Shown piece by piece: positions 19,045-27,524 of a stretch of 32,000 bases of DNA (position 1 is the first letter of the stretch; every line of letters starts with the position of its first letter). This DNA comes from Pasteurella multocida. Its GTDB lineage: Bacteria > Pseudomonadota > Gammaproteobacteria > Enterobacterales > Pasteurellaceae. The notes beneath the pieces are model-generated. The model was not told where the DNA came from and did no database searches. It worked only from the letters and a program-made list of their open reading frames with translations. The position numbers were made by a program, and so were the translations under genes. Location of the stretch: NCBI RefSeq assembly GCF_900187275.1, contig NZ_LT906458.1, positions 840,001 to 872,000 of the forward strand, in the 5' to 3' direction.

Positions 19045-21102
19045 CTACCTCAAAACAGAATAAACATTTTTTAATTTCATAAAAATATTCATAAAATAAT
19101 TTGTATGTAATTTATTATTTTTTATTTTTCGACGTTTCTCGATCAGAATATCAACCGCTCGCTGCACATCGATCATTGTTTTTGTTTTTGGGTCAATATA
19201 TTGTGGGTAATAAATCAGCACGCCAGCAATTAATTCTAAAAGACTTAACTTCCGACTTCTTCGGTTTAGAGAAAGATGATCCACTGTTAGCCCCCAGTTA
19301 GAATAAAAAGGCAAGCCATAACAATGTACTTTTTTCTCGCGCAGTAACGCTTCAAACCCCGCTAAAGAGGTCATCGTATGCACTTCATCCACTTGGTTAA
19401 TGCAATCCAATATATTGGCTTTCTCAACCACGAAATCAGCATACTGTCGATAATCATCTAGACGATCTGTGTTTTTACGATTGCCTGCAACCACATCAGG
19501 ATGAGGTTTATAAATAATATAGGCTTGGGGATTATTTTTTCTGACCGTACATAATAACTCTGCATTCGTACGAATATGCGGTGAACCATATTGAATTGAA
19601 GCATCATTTTCCACTTGTCCCACAACTAAAAGTTTATTTTGTCTGATGTGTGTTAGGCATAAGTGTGTATGTCCCACATTATATTTACCAATATGTTGCT
19701 CAATCAGTGTTTTCTTTAACGTTTCTGCGCGCTGTAAATCCTTTAGAGTAAAGGATTGATGCTGTAGAATATCCTCTAATCGGGAACGAGATTGGGCGTC
19801 AAAATAAATGCCAACGTCATCTAAAACTAATGATATCGGTGGCGTTAAATTAGACCCTAACCCAACTGAACGTAAAAAACCATCTTCCATTCTCAAAAGA
19901 GGAAGTTGCTGTTGCTTGGCATATTCAACTACTTCAATGTGTGAATGTCCCCACACCACTATTTTAGCCTGAGATTTCTCGTGAATACATCGCTTTAGCT
20001 CATGCACATTCAGCACAAAATGTAAACGACAGCGTGGAAATTGAAAAAAGGGTTGAACCACTTTACGTTTCCAAAAGCGCATACCCACACAATAAATATC
20101 ACCAGCTAACTGATTGGTTACTTTTTTTGCTTGAATCAGATAATCAATGACATCAAACAATGTGCCTGATTTACCCGTATTAGGATTAATATAACGACAA
20201 TATTGAAAATAAGCAGCATAGAATAACTGCAACAATGAACGCTTCGCTCTTCTCTTACTCTGTTTTAGCTGACGAATATACGCATTCCGATCATCCGTCA
20301 ATCCCCAACCAGAAAACCAGGCAGCCCCAAAAGTCACGACAGTTTTTCCTAACAAAAGGGCCTCAAACCCAGTGTGAGATGTCACGCAATAAACTTTATC
20401 AACATGCTTTAGTAGTGAGATAGAATTAAAATCTTCTGATAATACTTTTACTCTTGGAAATTGCTGATATTCCGTTAAATAGCCTTGTTTTTTACCACAC
20501 ATTACATCAGGATGGGTTTTTAACCAGATTTCTGCTGTTGGATTTTCAATAATCGCACGTTCTAACATATGTAGAAAATCACTCTGCTCGGCATTCCCGA
20601 AAGTAACTGCCATATCGCCATATGTTTGATCAACGACTAAGACAATCGGCCTCTTCGTATTCTGTAAAGGTGTATCAATAGCGTGGTTATATTTGGAAAG
20701 GTTATGTGTACAAATTAATTCAATTGCATATTCAACTTGATCGACTTTTTCCTGAAGTAATACATCTTGAGAAAGAATTAAGTTTTCTAAACGAGAAGGC
20801 TGATTGATATCATAATAAATACCAATATCATCGTACACTAATGAGAAAGGTGGATACCCATCCACACCCAGTCCAATAGAACGTAAAAAACCATCTTCTA
20901 TCGTCGCATAAGGTAAATCATGTTGTTGTGCAAAATACCTCGCTTTCTTTGATGATGCTTTATATCCCCATTCTAAAATACATGTTCTCTCCTTTTTCCA
21001 TGTGACAAATGGAGAGAACATTTTCAAGCGTTGGGTAAAAAAACCGCTTAAATAAGGAATTTTTAACATCCCTTTAGAAAAAATAAGAAACTCTTGATAC
21101 AT
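19045..21102 (-). CDS. phyA: Capsule region-3 protein PhyA (KpsC/LipA-family, duplicated beta-Kdo transferase modules)
   Basis: The ORF track opens at a TTG (21147); ATGs lie at 21135 and 21102. Alignment to the KpsC N-terminus (GMLKIPYL vs GIWRIPHL) favours 21102 (685 aa). There is an internal duplication: EDGFLRSIGLG...YYD / HPDV in the N-half and EDGFLRSVGLG...YFD / HPDV in the C-half. Confidence 0.86.
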   Translation of the reverse strand: MYQEFLIFSKGMLKIPYLSGFFTQRLKMFSPFVTWKKERTCILEWGYKASSKKARYFAQQHDLPYATIEDGFLRSIGLGVDGYPPFSLVYDDIGIYYDINQPSRLENLILSQDVLLQEKVDQVEYAIELICTHNLSKYNHAIDTPLQNTKRPIVLVVDQTYGDMAVTFGNAEQSDFLHMLERAIIENPTAEIWLKTHPDVMCGKKQGYLTEYQQFPRVKVLSEDFNSISLLKHVDKVYCVTSHTGFEALLLGKTVVTFGAAWFSGWGLTDDRNAYIRQLKQSKRRAKRSLLQLFYAAYFQYCRYINPNTGKSGTLFDVIDYLIQAKKVTNQLAGDIYCVGMRFWKRKVVQPFFQFPRCRLHFVLNVHELKRCIHEKSQAKIVVWGHSHIEVVEYAKQQQLPLLRMEDGFLRSVGLGSNLTPPISLVLDDVGIYFDAQSRSRLEDILQHQSFTLKDLQRAETLKKTLIEQHIGKYNVGHTHLCLTHIRQNKLLVVGQVENDASIQYGSPHIRTNAELLCTVRKNNPQAYIIYKPHPDVVAGNRKNTDRLDDYRQYADFVVEKANILDCINQVDEVHTMTSLAGFEALLREKKVHCYGLPFYSNWGLTVDHLSLNRRSRKLSLLELIAGVLIYYPQYIDPKTKTMIDVQRAVDILIEKRRKIKNNKLHTNYFMNIFMKLKNVYSVLR

Positions 21103-21147
21103 ATTTAATCTAATATAGTCATATAAAATTGACATATTATAAATCAA

Positions 21148-21483
21148 ACATGACTAGTTAATCATTAAATATTAAACAACCTCAACTTAATAAAACAAAT
21201 AATAAACAAACAAGGTAAAAAACAAACTAATACTGAGCAAATAAAAAACGGATTAATATAATAACGATATATCAACCTCTAAAATAGACCAAAAATAAAT
21301 CACACGAGACAAAAGAACAATTATAATCCAAATATCGATTAACAAATAAACACATAGCGCAACGAATAATCAAACAAAATCACATTTAGATTTATTTAAA
21401 TTAAAAATATAGATTATATTTTAAATATAATGCTAGAATTCGGCACCAAAATTTTTCTCCAGCTGTAAATTAGAGATAAAGAT
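21148..21483. promoter_or_regulatory. Divergent phyA / hyaE capsule control region
   Basis: 336-bp non-coding, very AT-rich spacer between divergent operons. The plus strand is A/C-rich with reiterated AACAAA-type motifs. TATAAT at 21426-21431 lies 52 nt upstream of the hyaE ATG. Confidence 0.6.
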
Positions 21484-23352
21484 ATGAAAAAGGTTATTAT
21501 CATTGGACATAAACAGTCTAACTATCAAGATGTTGAAAAGGTTTTTCAATGTTATGGGATGAATCCCCCGCTTCCATCAAAACGTGAAAAAATGTCCCCC
21601 ATCGAAATTGGCCATGTGCTTAATAAAGTATTACCAAGTCTTGAGCACACACCTAAAAATGTATCTTTACTTTCTAATAAGAAAAGCAAAATAAAAAAAG
21701 GGAATTCAGCCAAAAATAAATCTCATAAGCACGCTAAAACGAACACAATACAAACGACTTCGAGCATCTGGGATAACTTATCTCTCGATTTGATGCTCGC
21801 GAATATCGAGCAAAATTTTTGGGGATGGTCTGATCCTAATGCAATTCAAATATTAGATTATTGGGCTAACCTTGACCCAAACATTCATTTCGTCTTTGTT
21901 TATGATAAGCCAGAAAATTTATTCCAATATCATAGCTTAGAAGAGGCTCTCAAATTAGATAAACACACCGTACAAGAAAAATTTGAAGAGTGGCAAACCT
22001 ACAATGAAAAAATCCTAACTTACTTTAATAAATATAAAGATCGTAGTGTATTACTGAATACACAACAACTCCAAAATACGAAAAAAACATCACTGTCTGA
22101 AATTTATAAACATATTTCTGCACCTGATGCATTAGTCAAAAAACTGAATGAACCTTCTCTAAATAAAGAGATGGAAATTATTGAAGTAAACCAAGATTTA
22201 TCTCACCAAGAAGAATGTCCACTGTCTAACTTTATTGTTAGCCAAATTATAAAAAATTCTCCTACTGTTACGCAGGTATATGAAGAATTACAGTCGCATG
22301 CTGATCTGCCTTATATTTCAGAACAAAAATTAGTAAATGATGCCGATTTTGCTCTCCTTGCATGGAAAGATATGATTCAAAAACAAGTCGATGCAAATCA
22401 ATATCAACATGAAAAAGAATTAGAACTTAGCACAATAAAAGAACGTCAATTAGAGGTTACAGAGAAATATCAATTGACGGAACAAAAACTGTCAGAAACA
22501 CAAAAAGAAATCGAACAAATTAAAGATGAAAATAGAAAAGTCAAATCTGAAAAAGTAAAACTCACTGCATCTGTTCAATCAACGAGCAAAATACTTTCTG
22601 AGAAAGAAAAAGAGATTTCTTGCATAAAAAGTGAAAATACAAAGATTAAAGAAGAAAAAATTAAAATTGATGAAGCATACCACTTAACCAAGAAAACCTT
22701 GTCGGATAAAGAAAAAGCCCTCAAAACGCATCAAGATGAAATTGAAGCGCTCAAGATAATTTTTAATGAAAATATTTCCGTACAAGAAGATATGCAAGAA
22801 AAATTTCAGGAAACCAATAAAAGAAAACAAGAACTTGAACAAGAGCTAAAAGCCATATCGGATAAGAAAGCATTATTAGAAACAGAAAACAGCCAAAAAA
22901 CCCAAGTATCTGAGTCTTTAGAAAATGAAAATAAAGTGTTATTAGCTCAACTCCAACTCATTCAAGAAGAATTAGAAAAACTTTATATTGACAATCAAGT
23001 ATTAAAAGCTAAACCACGCCTTTACGGTGCAGCTGATCGCATAAAAAACCAATTAACTTATCGACTAGGTTACAAAATACAAAGACATGGAAGAAGTCTA
23101 TTTGGTCTCATTTTTCTTCCCCTTATCTTATTTTGCACTTATTTGCGTTTTAAAAAAGAGATGAAAAAGTACGAATGGAATACCCTCCCACCAATTCACG
23201 AGTATGAAGACGCGCATAAAGCAAACCGCATTAAAAGCCATTTATCTTATAAATTGGGTGTCATCTTTTTACAAGAAATCAAAAATCCGTTTAAGTGGCT
23301 TACTCTCCCTTACAAACTGATTAAAGAAGGTAAACAATTCAAGCAAAGTTAA
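21484..23352 (+). CDS. hyaE: Capsule region-2 protein HyaE (function unknown)
   Basis: 622 aa, first gene of the serogroup-specific block. N-terminal globular part, about 220-aa Glu/Lys-rich coiled coil, and a C-terminal hydrophobic helix flanked by two RIKxxLxYxLG motifs. Confidence 0.85.
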   Translation: MKKVIIIGHKQSNYQDVEKVFQCYGMNPPLPSKREKMSPIEIGHVLNKVLPSLEHTPKNVSLLSNKKSKIKKGNSAKNKSHKHAKTNTIQTTSSIWDNLSLDLMLANIEQNFWGWSDPNAIQILDYWANLDPNIHFVFVYDKPENLFQYHSLEEALKLDKHTVQEKFEEWQTYNEKILTYFNKYKDRSVLLNTQQLQNTKKTSLSEIYKHISAPDALVKKLNEPSLNKEMEIIEVNQDLSHQEECPLSNFIVSQIIKNSPTVTQVYEELQSHADLPYISEQKLVNDADFALLAWKDMIQKQVDANQYQHEKELELSTIKERQLEVTEKYQLTEQKLSETQKEIEQIKDENRKVKSEKVKLTASVQSTSKILSEKEKEISCIKSENTKIKEEKIKIDEAYHLTKKTLSDKEKALKTHQDEIEALKIIFNENISVQEDMQEKFQETNKRKQELEQELKAISDKKALLETENSQKTQVSESLENENKVLLAQLQLIQEELEKLYIDNQVLKAKPRLYGAADRIKNQLTYRLGYKIQRHGRSLFGLIFLPLILFCTYLRFKKEMKKYEWNTLPPIHEYEDAHKANRIKSHLSYKLGVIFLQEIKNPFKWLTLPYKLIKEGKQFKQS

Positions 23353-23369
23353 TTTTTTAAGGACAGAAA

Positions 23370-26288
23370 ATGAATACATTATCACAAGCAATAAAAGCAT
23401 ATAACAGCAATGACTATCAATTAGCACTCAAATTATTTGAAAAGTCGGCGGAAATCTATGGACGGAAAATTGTTGAATTTCAAATTACCAAATGCAAAGA
23501 AAAACTCTCAGCACATCCTTCTGTTAATTCAGCACATCTTTCTGTAAATAAAGAAGAAAAAGTCAATGTTTGCGATAGTCCGTTAGATATTGCAACACAA
23601 CTGTTACTTTCCAACGTAAAAAAATTAGTACTTTCTGACTCGGAAAAAAACACGTTAAAAAATAAATGGAAATTGCTCACTGAGAAGAAATCTGAAAATG
23701 CGGAGGTAAGAGCGGTCGCCCTTGTACCAAAAGATTTTCCCAAAGATCTGGTTTTAGCGCCTTTACCTGATCATGTTAATGATTTTACATGGTACAAAAA
23801 GCGAAAGAAAAGACTTGGCATAAAACCTGAACATCAACATGTTGGTCTTTCTATTATCGTTACAACATTCAATCGACCAGCAATTTTATCGATTACATTA
23901 GCCTGTTTAGTAAACCAAAAAACACATTACCCGTTTGAAGTTATCGTGACAGATGATGGTAGTCAGGAAGATCTATCACCGATCATTCGCCAATATGAAA
24001 ATAAATTGGATATTCGCTACGTCAGACAAAAAGATAACGGTTTTCAAGCCAGTGCCGCTCGGAATATGGGATTACGCTTAGCAAAATATGACTTTATTGG
24101 CTTACTCGACTGTGATATGGCGCCAAATCCATTATGGGTTCATTCTTATGTTGCAGAGCTATTAGAAGATGATGATTTAACAATCATTGGTCCAAGAAAA
24201 TACATCGATACACAACATATTGACCCAAAAGACTTCTTAAATAACGCGAGTTTGCTTGAATCATTACCAGAAGTGAAAACCAATAATAGTGTTGCCGCAA
24301 AAGGGGAAGGAACAGTTTCTCTGGATTGGCGCTTAGAACAATTCGAAAAAACAGAAAATCTCCGCTTATCCGATTCGCCTTTCCGTTTTTTTGCGGCGGG
24401 TAATGTTGCTTTCGCTAAAAAATGGCTAAATAAATCCGGTTTCTTTGATGAGGAATTTAATCACTGGGGTGGAGAAGATGTGGAATTTGGATATCGCTTA
24501 TTCCGTTACGGTAGTTTCTTTAAAACTATTGATGGCATTATGGCCTACCATCAAGAGCCACCAGGTAAAGAAAATGAAACCGATCGTGAAGCGGGAAAAA
24601 ATATTACGCTCGATATTATGAGAGAAAAGGTCCCTTATATCTATAGAAAACTTTTACCAATAGAAGATTCGCATATCAATAGAGTACCTTTAGTTTCAAT
24701 TTATATCCCAGCTTATAACTGTGCAAACTATATTCAACGTTGCGTAGATAGTGCACTGAATCAGACTGTTGTTGATCTCGAGGTTTGTATTTGTAACGAT
24801 GGTTCAACAGATAATACCTTAGAAGTGATCAATAAGCTTTATGGTAATAATCCTAGGGTACGCATCATGTCTAAACCAAATGGCGGAATAGCCTCAGCAT
24901 CAAATGCAGCCGTTTCTTTTGCTAAAGGTTATTACATTGGGCAGTTAGATTCAGATGATTATCTTGAGCCTGATGCAGTTGAACTGTGTTTAAAAGAATT
25001 TTTAAAAGATAAAACGCTAGCTTGTGTTTATACCACTAATAGAAACGTCAATCCGGATGGTAGCTTAATCGCTAATGGTTACAATTGGCCAGAATTTTCA
25101 CGAGAAAAACTCACAACGGCTATGATTGCTCACCACTTTAGAATGTTCACGATTAGAGCTTGGCATTTAACTGATGGATTCAATGAAAAAATTGAAAATG
25201 CCGTAGACTATGACATGTTCCTCAAACTCAGTGAAGTTGGAAAATTTAAACATCTTAATAAAATCTGCTATAACCGTGTATTACATGGTGATAACACATC
25301 AATTAAGAAACTTGGCATTCAAAAGAAAAACCATTTTGTTGTAGTCAATCAGTCATTAAATAGACAAGGCATAACTTATTATAATTATGACGAATTTGAT
25401 GATTTAGATGAAAGTAGAAAGTATATTTTCAATAAAACCGCTGAATATCAAGAAGAGATTGATATCTTAAAAGATATTAAAATCATCCAGAATAAAGATG
25501 CCAAAATCGCAGTCAGTATTTTTTATCCCAATACATTAAACGGCTTAGTGAAAAAACTAAACAATATTATTGAATATAATAAAAATATATTCGTTATTGT
25601 TCTACATGTTGATAAGAATCATCTTACACCAGATATCAAAAAAGAAATACTAGCCTTCTATCATAAACATCAAGTGAATATTTTACTAAATAATGATATC
25701 TCATATTACACGAGTAATAGATTAATAAAAACTGAGGCGCATTTAAGTAATATTAATAAATTAAGTCAGTTAAATCTAAATTGTGAATACATCATTTTTG
25801 ATAATCATGACAGCCTATTCGTTAAAAATGACAGCTATGCTTATATGAAAAAATATGATGTCGGCATGAATTTCTCAGCATTAACACATGATTGGATCGA
25901 GAAAATCAATGCGCATCCACCATTTAAAAAGCTCATTAAAACTTATTTTAATGACAATGACTTAAAAAGTATGAATGTGAAAGGGGCATCACAAGGTATG
26001 TTTATGACGTATGCGCTAGCGCATGAGCTTCTGACGATTATTAAAGAAGTCATCACATCTTGCCAGTCAATTGATAGTGTGCCAGAATATAACACTGAGG
26101 ATATTTGGTTCCAATTTGCACTTTTAATCTTAGAAAAGAAAACCGGCCATGTATTTAATAAAACATCGACCCTGACTTATATGCCTTGGGAACGAAAATT
26201 ACAATGGACAAATGAACAAATTGAAAGTGCAAAAAGAGGAGAAAATATACCTGTTAACAAGTTCATTATTAATAGTATAACTCTATAA
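23370..26288 (+). CDS. hyaD: Class II hyaluronan synthase (PmHAS), dual GT2 glycosyltransferase
   Basis: 972 aa. Two GT2 modules (IIVTTFNRP...TDDGSQED...DCD and SIYIPAYNC...NDGSTDNT...DSDD). The sequence from MNTLSQAIKAYNSNDYQLALKLFEK to NKFIINSITL matches PmHAS as I remember it. The 972-aa length fits HAS rather than the 965-aa chondroitin synthase. Confidence 0.9.
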   Translation: MNTLSQAIKAYNSNDYQLALKLFEKSAEIYGRKIVEFQITKCKEKLSAHPSVNSAHLSVNKEEKVNVCDSPLDIATQLLLSNVKKLVLSDSEKNTLKNKWKLLTEKKSENAEVRAVALVPKDFPKDLVLAPLPDHVNDFTWYKKRKKRLGIKPEHQHVGLSIIVTTFNRPAILSITLACLVNQKTHYPFEVIVTDDGSQEDLSPIIRQYENKLDIRYVRQKDNGFQASAARNMGLRLAKYDFIGLLDCDMAPNPLWVHSYVAELLEDDDLTIIGPRKYIDTQHIDPKDFLNNASLLESLPEVKTNNSVAAKGEGTVSLDWRLEQFEKTENLRLSDSPFRFFAAGNVAFAKKWLNKSGFFDEEFNHWGGEDVEFGYRLFRYGSFFKTIDGIMAYHQEPPGKENETDREAGKNITLDIMREKVPYIYRKLLPIEDSHINRVPLVSIYIPAYNCANYIQRCVDSALNQTVVDLEVCICNDGSTDNTLEVINKLYGNNPRVRIMSKPNGGIASASNAAVSFAKGYYIGQLDSDDYLEPDAVELCLKEFLKDKTLACVYTTNRNVNPDGSLIANGYNWPEFSREKLTTAMIAHHFRMFTIRAWHLTDGFNEKIENAVDYDMFLKLSEVGKFKHLNKICYNRVLHGDNTSIKKLGIQKKNHFVVVNQSLNRQGITYYNYDEFDDLDESRKYIFNKTAEYQEEIDILKDIKIIQNKDAKIAVSIFYPNTLNGLVKKLNNIIEYNKNIFVIVLHVDKNHLTPDIKKEILAFYHKHQVNILLNNDISYYTSNRLIKTEAHLSNINKLSQLNLNCEYIIFDNHDSLFVKNDSYAYMKKYDVGMNFSALTHDWIEKINAHPPFKKLIKTYFNDNDLKSMNVKGASQGMFMTYALAHELLTIIKEVITSCQSIDSVPEYNTEDIWFQFALLILEKKTGHVFNKTSTLTYMPWERKLQWTNEQIESAKRGENIPVNKFIINSITL
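23508..23549 (+). repeat. Imperfect 21-bp tandem duplication inside hyaD (SAHPSVN / SAHLSVN)
   Basis: tcagcacatccttctgttaat followed directly by tcagcacatctttctgtaaat (19/21 identical), in frame. Confidence 0.9.
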
Positions 26289-26351
26289 AACACTTGCATT
26301 TTATTAAAAATAAAATCCTATAATATTTGCAGTTTAAATAAAGGATAAAAA

Positions 26352-27524
26352 ATGAAGAAAATTACAATTGCTGGGGCTGGCTATGTTGGTTTATCCAATG
26401 CAGTATTATTAGCTCAACACCACAATGTGATCTTATTAGATATTGATCAAAATAAAGTTGATTTAATTAATAATAAAAAATCGCCCATCACAGATAAAGA
26501 AATCGAAGATTTCTTACAAAATAAATCACTGACAATGATGGCAACAACAGATAAAGAAGTGGCATTAAAAAACGCAGACTTTGTCATCATCGCAACGCCA
26601 ACAGACTATAATACCGAAACAGGTTATTTTAATACATCCACTGTTGAAGCTGTCATTGAACAAACCCTTTCAATCAATCCACAAGCAACGATTATTATAA
26701 AATCAACGATTCCCGTTGGTTTTACCGAAAAAATGCGTGAGAAATTTAATACCCCAAATCTTATCTTTTCACCTGAATTTCTAAGAGAGGGAAAAGCCCT
26801 TTACGATAATTTGTATCCAAGCAGAATTATTGTTGGCAGTACTTCTTATCAAGCAAAAGTATTTGCCGATATGTTAACACAGTGTGCCAGAAAAAAAGAT
26901 GTAACTGTTTTATTTACACACAATACTGAGGCCGAAGCTGTTAAATTATTTGCAAATACGTATCTCGCAATGCGAGTTGCCTTTTTTAATGAATTAGATA
27001 CTTATGCGAGTCTTCACCATTTAAATACAAAAGACATTATCAATGGTATTTCTACTGATCCTCGCATTGGTACACACTACAATAACCCAAGTTTCGGCTA
27101 TGGCGGTTATTGTTTACCCAAAGACACTAAACAGTTACTGGCTAACTATGCTGACGTACCTCAAAATCTCATTGAAGCCATTGTCAAATCTAATGAAACC
27201 AGAAAACGTTTCATTACTCATGATGTATTAAATAAGAAACCTAAAACTGTTGGTATTTATCGTTTAATCATGAAGTCAGGTTCTGATAACTTCAGAGCTT
27301 CTGCTATTCTCGATATTATGCCGCATCTCAAAGAAAACGGTGTTGAGATTGTGATTTATGAGCCAACCTTAAATCAACAGGCATTTGAGGACTACCCCGT
27401 TATTAATCAACTCTCTGAATTTATTAATCGCTCTGATGTCATTCTCGCTAATCGTTCTGAGCCAGATTTAAATCAATGTTCCCATAAAATCTATACAAGA
27501 GATATTTTTGGCGGTGATGCTTAA
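26352..27524 (+). CDS. hyaC: UDP-glucose 6-dehydrogenase
   Basis: 390 aa with Rossmann motif ITIAGAGYVGLSNA, catalytic FGYGGYCLPKD and the SPEFLREG motif. Confidence 0.95.
   Translation: MKKITIAGAGYVGLSNAVLLAQHHNVILLDIDQNKVDLINNKKSPITDKEIEDFLQNKSLTMMATTDKEVALKNADFVIIATPTDYNTETGYFNTSTVEAVIEQTLSINPQATIIIKSTIPVGFTEKMREKFNTPNLIFSPEFLREGKALYDNLYPSRIIVGSTSYQAKVFADMLTQCARKKDVTVLFTHNTEAEAVKLFANTYLAMRVAFFNELDTYASLHHLNTKDIINGISTDPRIGTHYNNPSFGYGGYCLPKDTKQLLANYADVPQNLIEAIVKSNETRKRFITHDVLNKKPKTVGIYRLIMKSGSDNFRASAILDIMPHLKENGVEIVIYEPTLNQQAFEDYPVINQLSEFINRSDVILANRSEPDLNQCSHKIYTRDIFGGDA

Noticed and set aside
23370-26288. Possibility that the dual-GT2 synthase is the serogroup F chondroitin synthase or the serogroup D heparosan synthase
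   Set aside because: Heparosan synthase is much shorter (about 617 aa). The chondroitin synthase is 965 aa and, as I recall, differs through the first GT2 module (for example IIIPTFNRS / ADDGSKEN versus IIVTTFNRP / TDDGSQED here). This still deserves a formal alignment.
26294-26324. Possible internal promoter TTGCAT-N19-TATAAT in the hyaD-hyaC spacer
   Set aside because: The 19-bp spacing is poor and the region is so AT-rich that TATAAT occurs by chance. Not reported as a feature.
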